A DNA stretch of 64,000 nucleotides from Candidatus Moraniibacteriota bacterium (GTDB lineage Bacteria > Patescibacteriota > Minisyncoccia > Moranbacterales > UBA1568), in assembly GCA_018061645.1 (NCBI GenBank), contig JAGOTT010000003.1, forward strand, positions 9,326 to 73,325. The letters are read 5' to 3'. Below are positions 45,957 through 55,441 of the stretch, in pieces (position 1 is the first letter of the stretch; each line of letters starts with the position of its first letter). The notes below the pieces were generated by a model. It ran no database searches. It saw only the letters and a list, made by a program, of their open reading frames with translations, and was not told the DNA's origin. A program made the translations under genes and the position numbers.

Positions 45957-48140
45957 TCAATTCGTCTTCTTGTGAGGGTTGTGATTCGGGCATTCCTTTT
46001 TCGAGCAGCGGTCCGGGATGGTCTTCGTTCCCTCCATCATAAGTGATCCGCAGAGGTCGCAGATCTTTCCGGTCGGCCTCGCCTTGATGGCGTTCCTGCA
46101 TTTCGGATAATTCGAACAGGCATAGAAGACACCGAATCGGCCACGCTTCTCGGTCATCTCTCCGATGCCGCAGGCAGGGCATTTCACGCCGGTGCCGTTC
46201 ATCGGGTTGGACGGGTCGTCCTTTTTGATGTGTTTGCACTTCGGATAGTTGCTGCAGGAGACGAATTTTCCATACTTACCGATCCGTTCGACGAGGTCGC
46301 TTTCGCACTTCGGGCATTTTTCGCCGGTCGGTTTTGGTCCTTCGATTTCCTTGCCGTCGATGCCGAGCGCGCCGTCGCATTCGGGGTATTTCGAGCAGGA
46401 GAGGAATTTCCCCGAGCGGCCGAGCTTGATGACCATGGATGTCCCGCATTTTGGACACTGGTGCACCGCGTCCGCGACGCCCAGGTTCGTCGCCTTGTCG
46501 GTCGATTTGTCTTTCGCTTTCACTTCCTTCGAGAATGGCGTGTAGAAATCACGGAGTGTTTTCGTATAGCCCCTGGTACCTTCGGCGATCTCGTCAAGCT
46601 TGTTTTCCATGTCCGCGGTCAGGGTATCGGAGACGACGTCCGGGAAATGTTCGGAGAGGAAGGAATCGACGACGTCGCCGATCTCCGTCGCCTTGAGGGA
46701 TCGCCCCTCTTTTTCGACGTACTCGCGGTCGATGATGGTCTTGATGATCGAAGCGTATGTGGACGGCCGACCGATGCCGCGCTTCTCGAGCTCCTTCACG
46801 AGCCCTGCCTCGGAGTACCGCTTCGGCGGTTCGGTCTCCTTTTCTTCCGAGCCGATTTCTTCGAGTTTCAGCGCTTCGCCGACCGTGACTTTCGGAAGCT
46901 CGACATCGTCGCCGCGCGCGGCCGTATCGAGCCTGAGCCACCCGTCGAAGATGAGGCGCGAGCCGGTTGCGGAGAAGTCGGGGAGCGCGCGATCCGTCGT
47001 GTTCGCGACGATTTTCGTCTTGAGCAGTTCCGCCGGTTTCATCTGCGAGGCGATCGCGCGGGTGCGGATGAGCGTGTAGAGTCTGCGCTCCTCGTCCGTG
47101 AGTCTCGGCGTCATGTCGAAGCTTGTCGGTCGGATCGCCTCATGCGCCTCCTGGGCGTTCTTGGATTTCGTCTTGAATTGCCGGATTTGGAGATGCTGTT
47201 CGCCGAAGGATGATTTCACGACATTCGCGATCGCGCCTATCGCTTCTTTGGAAAGCGTGACGGAGTCGGTGCGCATGTAGGTGATGTGTCCTTGTTCGTA
47301 GAGCTTCTGCGCGACGCGCATGGTACGTGAGGGTGACATGCCGAGACGTGAGGAGGCTGACTGTTGCAGGGTCGACGTCGTGAAAGGGGGTGACGGATTC
47401 CGGAGTGCTTCGGTTTCTTTCACCTCGGTCACCTCCCAGCCCTTCTCCCGCGCGAGCTTGAGGATCGTCTCGGTCTCCGTCGATATCGCTTTGCGTTCCG
47501 ATTGTGGACGCGGTTTCGTCGTGTGGACGAACGTTATCGATTCGGATCGCTTCGTACTGCACGTAGCGGAGAGCACGGTATAGATTTCGGGTACGAACGC
47601 GGTTATCTCACGCTCGCGGACTGCGACGATATGGAGAGCGGGGGACTGGACGCGACCGGCCGAGAGTCCGTACCGGACTTTTTTCCAGATGAGTCCGGAG
47701 AGGTCGTAGCCGACGAGCCGGTCGAGGACGCGCCGCGCCTCCTGTGCGGCCCGCAGGTTCTCGTCGATCGTGCGCGGATTTTTGATCGCCTCCTCGACAC
47801 CGCGTTTCGTGATCTCATAGAAGAGGACGCGTTTCGGTTTCTTCATCCCACAGGCCTCTTTGACGTGCCAGGCGATCGCCTCGCCTTCACGGTCGGGGTC
47901 GGTCGCAAGCAGGATCTCGTCCGCTTTCGCGGCGAGTCGGGAAATCTCGCTTATTATCCGCTCTTTTCCCGGGCTCACCTCGTAACGCGGCACGAATCCG
48001 CTTTCGATGTCGATAGCGTTCTTGTTGGACTTCGGAAGGTCACGGACGTGACCGACGGAGGCGACGACCTTGTATCCCGGACCGAGATACTTGTTGATGG
48101 TCTTCGCCTTCGAGGGGGATTCGACGATGAGGAGTTTCAT
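45957..48140 (-). CDS. topA: DNA topoisomerase I with C-terminal zinc-ribbon repeats
   Basis: [21 protein letters not shown], catalytic Tyr region, and three or more C4 zinc ribbons at the C-terminus. Confidence 0.9.
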   Translation of the reverse strand: MKLLIVESPSKAKTINKYLGPGYKVVASVGHVRDLPKSNKNAIDIESGFVPRYEVSPGKERIISEISRLAAKADEILLATDPDREGEAIAWHVKEACGMKKPKRVLFYEITKRGVEEAIKNPRTIDENLRAAQEARRVLDRLVGYDLSGLIWKKVRYGLSAGRVQSPALHIVAVREREITAFVPEIYTVLSATCSTKRSESITFVHTTKPRPQSERKAISTETETILKLAREKGWEVTEVKETEALRNPSPPFTTSTLQQSASSRLGMSPSRTMRVAQKLYEQGHITYMRTDSVTLSKEAIGAIANVVKSSFGEQHLQIRQFKTKSKNAQEAHEAIRPTSFDMTPRLTDEERRLYTLIRTRAIASQMKPAELLKTKIVANTTDRALPDFSATGSRLIFDGWLRLDTAARGDDVELPKVTVGEALKLEEIGSEEKETEPPKRYSEAGLVKELEKRGIGRPSTYASIIKTIIDREYVEKEGRSLKATEIGDVVDSFLSEHFPDVVSDTLTADMENKLDEIAEGTRGYTKTLRDFYTPFSKEVKAKDKSTDKATNLGVADAVHQCPKCGTSMVIKLGRSGKFLSCSKYPECDGALGIDGKEIEGPKPTGEKCPKCESDLVERIGKYGKFVSCSNYPKCKHIKKDDPSNPMNGTGVKCPACGIGEMTEKRGRFGVFYACSNYPKCRNAIKARPTGKICDLCGSLMMEGTKTIPDRCSKKECPNHNPHKKTN

Positions 48141-48205
48141 AATTTTAGATTTTTGATTGCAGATTGTGGATTGAAATTCAAAATCTGAAATCTGAAATCA
48201 TCAAT

Positions 48206-49306
48206 CTACAATCGAATATAATGGCTTCCTCCGATGTCCTTCGCGAGTCCGCGGAGTTCGAGCATCGTGAGCGTGCCGGAAACGGCGCCTGTTCCAAGAT
48301 GCGATGATTTGATGATTTCGTCAACCGCCAGTCCCTCGTGAGAGAGAATGGAAAGGATTTTTTCCTCCTCTTCGGAAAGACCTTGATGTGTTTCTTTCGC
48401 TCCTTCCGTTGCGGTCTTTGCCGGTTCCGCCACGACCGGAATCTCCTCGAGGATGTCGCCGATGTTTCGGACGATCTTCGCGCCTTCCTTGATGAGCCGG
48501 TTCGTTCCGGAGGATGCGGGAGAGAAGATGGGACCGGGAACGGCGAACACTTCGCGGTTCGCTTCGAGCGCGAGCTGCGCGGTGATGAGTGACCCGCTCC
48601 GCTCCGCCGCCTCGATGACGATGGTTCCCTGCGAGATACCGGCGACGATCCGGTTCCGCGCGGGGAACGTTTCCGGCCGTGCGGGTGTCACGGGCGGGTA
48701 TTCGGAAAGGAGCGCGCCCTGTTCCTGTATCCGACGTGCGAGCGGGAGGTGATCTTTGGGGTGGATGGAAGCGTCGTCGAGACTGTCGCCCAAGACGGCG
48801 ATCGTCGTGCCTCCGGAGTGGATTGTCGCTTCGTGGGCGACGGAATCGATGCCGTAGGCGAGCCCGGACACGACGACGAATCCGGCGCGCGTCAGTTCCA
48901 TCGCAATCCGTTCTGTCGCCTGCGTGCCGTAGGCGGTGTGGCGGCGCGAGCCGACGACCGATATGCAGGGCTTGTGCCACTGCGAAAAATTCCCTTTCGC
49001 GTAGAGGAGCGCGAAGGGTGCGTCGAGTTCGCGGAGAAGCGGCGGAAAGTCCGGACCGTTCCCGAGGAGGACCCTGATATTTTCCTGTTCGAGAAGTCTG
49101 GCTTCGTATTCCGGGTCGATGGAGGAGCGACCATCCACGAGAGTTTCGCGCGCGTCCTTGGAGAGGTTCGCATCGGTGAATGCGGACAGAGGCGCTTTCC
49201 ATGCCGCTTCGCCCGATTCGAAACAATCCATGACGGAGAGGATCCGCGCCTGTCCGAATCCGGGAAGTTTCCGGAAGCAGTGCCAATAGATGGAATCGGG
49301 AATCAT
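48206..49306 (-). CDS. dprA: DNA processing protein A (DprA/Smf)
   Basis: VVGSRRHTAYG...VVSGLAYGIDSVAH...AVLG Rossmann-like DprA core. Start set at MIPDSIYW (track extends to 49366). Coordinates plus or minus 2. Confidence 0.85.
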   Translation of the reverse strand: MIPDSIYWHCFRKLPGFGQARILSVMDCFESGEAAWKAPLSAFTDANLSKDARETLVDGRSSIDPEYEARLLEQENIRVLLGNGPDFPPLLRELDAPFALLYAKGNFSQWHKPCISVVGSRRHTAYGTQATERIAMELTRAGFVVVSGLAYGIDSVAHEATIHSGGTTIAVLGDSLDDASIHPKDHLPLARRIQEQGALLSEYPPVTPARPETFPARNRIVAGISQGTIVIEAAERSGSLITAQLALEANREVFAVPGPIFSPASSGTNRLIKEGAKIVRNIGDILEEIPVVAEPAKTATEGAKETHQGLSEEEEKILSILSHEGLAVDEIIKSSHLGTGAVSGTLTMLELRGLAKDIGGSHYIRL

Positions 49307-49476
49307 GGGAGGAATATGATGGATGATATAAGATGCATGATACACGATAATAATATACGATGTCATTCTGATCCTGTCTTGGCGGAAGAAGAATCCCGTC
49401 CGGAAGCAATGGACAAAATAACGCGTTTTCGCTAGAATTGTTGTTAACTGTTATTTGTTCTTTGTTATCTGATTTC

Positions 49477-49549
49477 GGGCCGTTAGCTCAGTTGGTAGAG
49501 CACCGCGTTTGCAACGCGGGGGTCGCAGGTTCGAATCCTGTACGGTCCA
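49477..49549 (+). tRNA. tRNA-Ala (anticodon TGC)
   Basis: GGGCCGTTAGCTCAGTTGGTAGAGCACCGCGTTTGCAACGCGGGGGTCGCAGGTTCGAATCCTGTACGGTCCA. Cloverleaf present, G3:U70 Ala identity pair, anticodon loop TTTGCAA. CCA not encoded. Confidence 0.85.
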
Positions 49550-49556
49550 CCGAGAG

Positions 49557-49587
49557 AAAAAACGCCTTGAATAGGCGTTTTTCGTTT
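49557..49587 (+). terminator. Hairpin terminator after tRNA-Ala
   Basis: AACGCCT-tgaat-AGGCGTT followed by TTTTCGTTTT. Confidence 0.5.
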
Positions 49588-49646
49588 TACTGAACTGTGA
49601 TACAATTTTACAGATAGATATGAGTTAACCTTTACACGAGTACCGT

Positions 49647-52600
49647 ATGTGTGGAATCAGCGCAATCATAAGTAAAGCAGGGGATCGAGAGAACATACTT
49701 AAGCAGTCACTCTCGAAGATTATTCATCGCGGAAGCTCGAACTTCGAATATCGAATTTTTGATGATGCAGCGATGGGGACGAATCGTCTTCCGATTGTTG
49801 GGCGATCGTCGGGACAACAGCCGGTCGCAAACGAGGACGAGACGGTTTTCGCGGTGCTTAATGGTGAGATTTTCAATTACAAGGAAATTCGAACATCGCT
49901 CATTGGAAAGGGCCATGTATTCCGGGGCGAATCCGATACCGAAGTACTCGTGCATCTCTATGAGGAATACGGCGAATCAATGGTCGACCATCTTGATTCG
50001 GAGATGTATGCATTCGTTGTTTTCGATACTAAGACGAAGGATTTTTACGCGGCTCGAGACCGGTTCGGTGTGAAGCCGCTTTTCTATGCGATTGATGCGC
50101 GTGATGGAAGTTATCACTTCGCGTCGGAGTTGAAGCAGCTGGTCCAATTTGATTTCGTGCAGGAGGTATTTGATTTTCCCGCTGGGCATTTCATGAAGAA
50201 CGGCGATCTGAAACGGTATTATGAGATACAGACGAGCGACGAAGTTGTCGTAAAACAGGATGCGGTGAGAATGCTTACGGATCTCGTCGTCGATGCGGTG
50301 CGGAAGCGGGTGGATACGGATCTCCCCGTCGCCGTGCTTCTTTCGGGCGGTGTCGACAGCAGTCTCGTGATGGAAATCGCAAATCGGTTACATCCAGACG
50401 TGACGGGATATATCCTTGGAAGACCGGGGTCGCCTGATTACGAAGCGGCCATGAGGCTGTGCGCGGACTACAAATATAAATTCAAGGTGGTCTATCCGGA
50501 TGTGGACTATGCGGAGGAAATCGAACAGATTCTCTACCACCTCGAACTCTATGAGGCGCAGGTCATCCGTCAGTCATTTTCTCTTGATATTCTTTCCCGA
50601 GCGATTGTTCGCGACGGGTATCGAATCGCGCTTGTCGGAGACGCGAGTGACGAGATATTCGGCGGATATAATGAGTTTGTCCGGCTTGCGAGCGGAGACA
50701 TCAACAAGGGCTGCGAACTCATCACAAAGAGTCTCGCCCGGAGCCATAATGTTCGTCTTGATCGGCTCAGTATGAAGCATACGCTCGAGGTACGGGCACC
50801 GTTTTTCGATACGAAGGTTGTCAATTACGCGATGACCATCGGTGGGTCGCTCAAGGTGAATCGGGATGAGGAGCATAATGTGACGACGAAATACATCCTC
50901 CGTTCCGTCGCGGCGAAATTCCTTCCCGATTATATCGCCAACCGGTACAAAGTGCCGTTTTCCAATGGCGCAGGGATGAATGTCGGGTTCAATTTCCGCA
51001 CGCAGGATGGCGATGTCGCGAAGGAGGTGCTCGCATCGTCGTTTGGGGAGCTGACGATTCCCGATGAGGAGAAGAAGAGGATCGGCTTCGTGACACATGA
51101 GGAGGAGGTCTACTATGCGATGTATAAGAATTTCTCGTACGATAAACTGGTAGATCACCAGAAACGAATCGTCACTAAGGAAACGCTCAGTCAGATCGAT
51201 ACCGACAAAGGGACGACTCGTATCGTGGCCGCCGAATTCGATCGGATGCCGCTTTATTTTCCGGTGTATCTTGCGGAAAAACTCGGACTTTTTTCAAAGC
51301 GGAATCTTGACGTGAGTTTCATGTCGACGGGCGGTGATGATTTGACGTACAATTCGCTTTTTTCGGGGTCTGCGCAAATCGGGATATCCGATCCGGTCTT
51401 CTCGTTCTCCAATGCGTTCGCGACAAAAGGGAAGATATTCGGATCGCTCGTGAACCATGTCCCGGTTGGCGCAGTGAGTATCAATCCATCAATCGCGATT
51501 GCGTCGAAGGATGATTTCAAGAAATATCGGGTCGGGTCGTATCAGGAATTCTCGACTGTCAACACGCTCGCCCGAACGTATCTTCCCGATGTCGAGATCA
51601 AGCCGTTCAGTCACAAGGATATCGTGAATGCCCTCAAACGCCGCGATATCGACATTGCCTTCGTGTCACTCGATTTCGCGTATGTTCTTGAGGGTGTCGG
51701 CGGGAAAATTCTTTTATCACTCACCGACGAGTTCGGACCGTATCTTTTCACGGGGCTGACCGTGTCCGACAACCTTGACCCTTCGTTCGCACCGGCGATC
51801 GACATGTTTAAGGCTGCTGTGAAGGAGGGCATGGTATTTCTCGGGAATTTTCCGGAAGAGAGTCGGATACTTTTCGAATCGCTTTTCCCTGATGTCTCTG
51901 ATGCGGAATCATTCCTCTTCTCGATGAAGCAGTATTGGCACAAGAAACTCGATGATATCGGGGACGGAGAGATTGATCATGCGGAAGCCGCATGGAGAGC
52001 CGTGCATCCGAGCTTGCTTGATGCCACGCATCCGAGCTTCGTGGCACAGACGAAGGCAGGTAAGGTTATCGCAGCGCTTGCGAAGCGTAATGTGAGTCGC
52101 GAGATTCCGTACCGTGAGGACGCGATGGCAGCCCTGATTCGGAAGTCTCTGGATGTGGATATGCCCTTGTCGCTCATGTCGTTTTGGGGTGCTTCCGACA
52201 AGGAGGGTCTGACGGAGTCGGATCATGTGCTTCTTCGGAGGGTTCAAGAAATCCAAAACGCGCTCAAGGAGCAGGGTGTGTCGTCTACCATGACATTCGT
52301 GCTTTCCGATGAGCACGGAGCGCTTAATGGGTATGCACGGGAAAAATACGAGACATACCTCGGTCGTATCGATGAAGAGATGAAGAAGATGGGGTTCGAC
52401 ACGGTTCGTCTCTCCAATCTCTGGAAGGAAGCAGGGCTTACGATGGAGAAAGTCGTTGCATACGCGGATGCGATCGACCAGGAAAAATGGTCGGCGCTTC
52501 GAGTGAGCCCGTTTCTTGAGAAAAGTGCCGCCAAGCGAAGACATGAGGATGCGCTTGTTGCGGCGAGGCGGTATTATGCCGCGCGAAAACTCGAAAATAC

Positions 52601-52748
52601 GACCATTGAGAAACGGTTCGTGCAATCCGTGCACGTCTCATTTTCCGATGACAAATTGCAGGAGGTTTTTCCGGAATTGCCAACGCTCTATATTTGGCCG
52701 TATCAGAGAGGGAAGGTCGACGCACTTCCGTGGTTCGACTATAAGTAG
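49647..52748 (+). CDS. Tri-domain fusion: AsnB-type glutamine amidotransferase (Ntn-Cys plus PP-loop synthetase) fused to a periplasmic-binding-protein-like (NMT1/SsuA-like) domain and an unknown C-terminal domain
   Basis: MCGISAI (Cys2 nucleophile), SGGVDSS PP-loop and asparagine-synthetase-like core over about 500 aa. Residues about 520-780 resemble PBP type-2 SBP (PLYFPVYLAEKLGLFSKRNLDVSF...). The last about 250 aa are unknown. Region GC about 49%. Confidence 0.75.
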   Translation: MCGISAIISKAGDRENILKQSLSKIIHRGSSNFEYRIFDDAAMGTNRLPIVGRSSGQQPVANEDETVFAVLNGEIFNYKEIRTSLIGKGHVFRGESDTEVLVHLYEEYGESMVDHLDSEMYAFVVFDTKTKDFYAARDRFGVKPLFYAIDARDGSYHFASELKQLVQFDFVQEVFDFPAGHFMKNGDLKRYYEIQTSDEVVVKQDAVRMLTDLVVDAVRKRVDTDLPVAVLLSGGVDSSLVMEIANRLHPDVTGYILGRPGSPDYEAAMRLCADYKYKFKVVYPDVDYAEEIEQILYHLELYEAQVIRQSFSLDILSRAIVRDGYRIALVGDASDEIFGGYNEFVRLASGDINKGCELITKSLARSHNVRLDRLSMKHTLEVRAPFFDTKVVNYAMTIGGSLKVNRDEEHNVTTKYILRSVAAKFLPDYIANRYKVPFSNGAGMNVGFNFRTQDGDVAKEVLASSFGELTIPDEEKKRIGFVTHEEEVYYAMYKNFSYDKLVDHQKRIVTKETLSQIDTDKGTTRIVAAEFDRMPLYFPVYLAEKLGLFSKRNLDVSFMSTGGDDLTYNSLFSGSAQIGISDPVFSFSNAFATKGKIFGSLVNHVPVGAVSINPSIAIASKDDFKKYRVGSYQEFSTVNTLARTYLPDVEIKPFSHKDIVNALKRRDIDIAFVSLDFAYVLEGVGGKILLSLTDEFGPYLFTGLTVSDNLDPSFAPAIDMFKAAVKEGMVFLGNFPEESRILFESLFPDVSDAESFLFSMKQYWHKKLDDIGDGEIDHAEAAWRAVHPSLLDATHPSFVAQTKAGKVIAALAKRNVSREIPYREDAMAALIRKSLDVDMPLSLMSFWGASDKEGLTESDHVLLRRVQEIQNALKEQGVSSTMTFVLSDEHGALNGYAREKYETYLGRIDEEMKKMGFDTVRLSNLWKEAGLTMEKVVAYADAIDQEKWSALRVSPFLEKSAAKRRHEDALVAARRYYAARKLENTTIEKRFVQSVHVSFSDDKLQEVFPELPTLYIWPYQRGKVDALPWFDYK

Positions 52749-52809
52749 CTTCGTCCGTGATTTCATAATCAGTCCGGGCAATTGAGGGATGTCCGAAAAA
52801 TGAAAAGTT

Positions 52810-54747
52810 ATGTCAGAAATGATGGGAGCCATGCCGCAAGCTCATGACGAAGGTGACGAAAACGTCGCGGAGCGCGGTAAGAAGTCGGTCGTACTTATGA
52901 CTGGGACGCAGATGGAGCGGCCACTTCGCCATCTCTCCGGTCTCATCAGGGAATATGCGAATGATGAATATGAAGTCGACATTCTGAACCTTGGCACGAA
53001 GGCCGGGGTATACGAGCACAAGGACGGTGGGTACCCAGCCGAACTTCGTCAGGAAATTATCGATTTTCTTGTCGATAAGAAACCGGTCGTGCTCGGCATC
53101 ACTATGATAGATTTCGGCGTCGAGCGGTTGTCTGATCTTATTCGGGATATTGCTGAAAATGAGGAAATAAAGAAAATCGGCACGAAGATTATCGCCGGTG
53201 GACCGTTTGCAATCGAACATTCCGAAAGATGTATCGGCATCGAAGGAATCGACATTGTCTGTTATTCGAAGGGATGGAATTTCCCGGATATCGTGGACGC
53301 TTGTATTAGTGGGGATCCGAAAACCATTCCCGGGCTTATGCTAAAAACCGGCGTAGACGAGGATGGGAAGCCACAATTCGTACAGACGCCGCCGCCGAAC
53401 CTGCGAATCACGTTTGCTGATCAACCTCTTCCCGATGAACGGCATGAAAATACGAATCGGATATATGAGGGACACTTGGTGAATGAGGAGAAATCGGGCG
53501 GTGCTATTCCAGTTGAACATCATCAGGTTCCACATGAGCATACGGCGGTGCTTATTATAAGCGAAGGTTGTCCGAATGATTGTGAATTCTGCTCGATTCC
53601 GAAACAGCAACAAGCGATGGCAGCTCAGGTGATGCGGTTCTCCAAGAATCCTCTTGAATTCACAGGAGAATCCGAAGTCTTGGCAGGAGCCAAAAATAAC
53701 ATACCGAAATTCAAGTTTCTTGATGCGAGGAAAGCCATTGATTTGGTCAAGAACTACCTGAAGGAAAATCCGAAAACGGAGTATGTTCTCTTTAACGACA
53801 ACGATTTCACGGCACGGAGTGAGCAGAAAATTGAAGAGTTTTGCAGGCTCTACAAGGAAGAAGTCGGGCTTCCATTTTATTGCCAGTGTTCTCCAAATAC
53901 CGCCTCACAACGAAAAATTAACTTACTGCATGAGGCCGGGATGGATACGTTTGACACTGGAGTGCAAGGAAGCCAGGAGGCGAATACCCATGCAGGATAT
54001 GAACGAAACTGTACGGATGAGCAAATTCTTGATGCGGCACGATCCGTCGCATCACATCTTGAGAAGAGAAACGAGCAAGGAGAAGTGACGGAGGAGGGTC
54101 TTAAGGCGGCATTCGATTTCATTAATGGAAACGAGATTCATACGAAAGAGGATATGCTTTCAACGATTGTTTTGTCAGGCTCTCTTACAAGGACAATCGA
54201 TAAGTTGACCGATGGAAAAGGAAGTTGGAATCTTGCGATTCATAATCTCACGCTTGACCAAGACCGTGATCTCGCTCGAGAATATCGGAAACGGAAGGAG
54301 GCGACCGGAGACGTATCCGTCGGTGAGGTAGAAGACTCAGACTATCATAATGCGACTGTTGAGGAATTCTACAAGCTCGGAGAGCCGTATCTCAATATTG
54401 TGCTTGAATGGATGGGTGGGTTGCATGATCAGGTGCAATCGGGGCGTCTTCCAAGAAAAACGGAGAATTTTGCTACCTTGATTCAGGAGGTTCTCGCAAG
54501 TGAGCCAGATTTTGCTGCGCTCATCGATAAGAAGAAGGACGAGAAACCGGAAACGGTAGGCTTTCTCACTGACGAGGATGTGTACGCGTTCCTCGGCGGG
54601 AAGGATAACGATCGCGCGAAGGCGATCCTTAAGAAGATTAGTGAGAAGATTCCGAACATCCATTACTCCTACCAGCGTCCGAATCGGTATGACTACGATT
54701 ATTCCTGGGCGGAAGAGCAGATAAATCCGTCTGAACCTGCTCAATAG
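52810..54747 (+). CDS. Radical SAM enzyme with an N-terminal Rossmann-like (possibly cobalamin-binding) domain
   Basis: CxxxCxxC cluster motif EGCPNDCEFCSIP about 255 aa from the N-terminus. The preceding 250 aa form an alpha/beta region, as in class-B radical SAM enzymes. B12 binding is inferred only. Confidence 0.65.
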   Translation: MSEMMGAMPQAHDEGDENVAERGKKSVVLMTGTQMERPLRHLSGLIREYANDEYEVDILNLGTKAGVYEHKDGGYPAELRQEIIDFLVDKKPVVLGITMIDFGVERLSDLIRDIAENEEIKKIGTKIIAGGPFAIEHSERCIGIEGIDIVCYSKGWNFPDIVDACISGDPKTIPGLMLKTGVDEDGKPQFVQTPPPNLRITFADQPLPDERHENTNRIYEGHLVNEEKSGGAIPVEHHQVPHEHTAVLIISEGCPNDCEFCSIPKQQQAMAAQVMRFSKNPLEFTGESEVLAGAKNNIPKFKFLDARKAIDLVKNYLKENPKTEYVLFNDNDFTARSEQKIEEFCRLYKEEVGLPFYCQCSPNTASQRKINLLHEAGMDTFDTGVQGSQEANTHAGYERNCTDEQILDAARSVASHLEKRNEQGEVTEEGLKAAFDFINGNEIHTKEDMLSTIVLSGSLTRTIDKLTDGKGSWNLAIHNLTLDQDRDLAREYRKRKEATGDVSVGEVEDSDYHNATVEEFYKLGEPYLNIVLEWMGGLHDQVQSGRLPRKTENFATLIQEVLASEPDFAALIDKKKDEKPETVGFLTDEDVYAFLGGKDNDRAKAILKKISEKIPNIHYSYQRPNRYDYDYSWAEEQINPSEPAQ

Positions 54748-54999
54748 CCATCCCGAGTGACTGCGACTCCAGAAATTCTTTGGTAAGTTCTAATTGTAGG
54801 ATGGAGTTTGCATCGTCGCATCTTGCGTGGTCGCGGAGGGAGTGGTATGCTTCCCTCTGTTTTGTGGGACAACCGAATCGTCGATGAGATGAGATTTTTT
54901 TCGGTGCTCGCCCTTGCTTCGCAAAATCTTCTTGGAGGTATAAATTATTAGCTTTCGGAGCCGGGCTTTCTCAGAGCCTGTTCAATATCTCATGTCGAG

Positions 55000-55105
55000 C
55001 TGCAAATCCTGAAATTTCGTGCGAAAACCATGAAAGTTAAGAAGGGCTACTATCGTAACCCGACGAGACTTGAATGGTTTGCAGCCGAAATTTCAGGATT
55101 TCAGC
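55000..55105. repeat. Long inverted repeat (about 20-bp arms, about 65-bp spacer) in a 440-bp non-coding gap
   Basis: gctgcAAATCCTGAAATTTCG ... CGAAATTTCAGGATTTcagc. Confidence 0.55.
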
Positions 55106-55201
55106 CGACAAGCGCTTGTGTATCGTTTATTCATGCGGTGAGATTTTGGACAGGCTCTTGGAGGAAGTAGCTGTTCCTGTTTTCGTATGCCGAAGGAAAG
55201 G

Positions 55202-55432
55202 ATGTCGACACTCGTGCAGCTTGCGGTATTCGGTTTCATAAGCGGTGGGTTGTACGTGATGCTCTATATGTTCGAGGATGATCTGACGCGGGCGTCGGAA
55301 CGGGTCCGGAACGGGGAGATGGTCTTTGCGGGAGTCCCGGTCGCGGTCGCCTTTGCATTCTCGTTTGCGCACGGGAAGTTCACGTCCCACTTCTGGGATT
55401 CTCTCGGGTTCCAGGCAAAGAAGGAACACTAA
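55202..55432 (+). CDS. Small membrane protein upstream of the TauE/SafE gene
   Basis: Two TM helices. Track ORF 55187-55432. Confidence 0.4.
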   Translation: MSTLVQLAVFGFISGGLYVMLYMFEDDLTRASERVRNGEMVFAGVPVAVAFAFSFAHGKFTSHFWDSLGFQAKKEH

Positions 55433-55441
55433 GCTACCTCT

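Noticed and set aside
48321-49409. Alternative-frame 362-aa - strand ORF overlapping dprA
   Set aside because: Arg/Pro-rich artefact. The dprA frame has the conserved Rossmann core.
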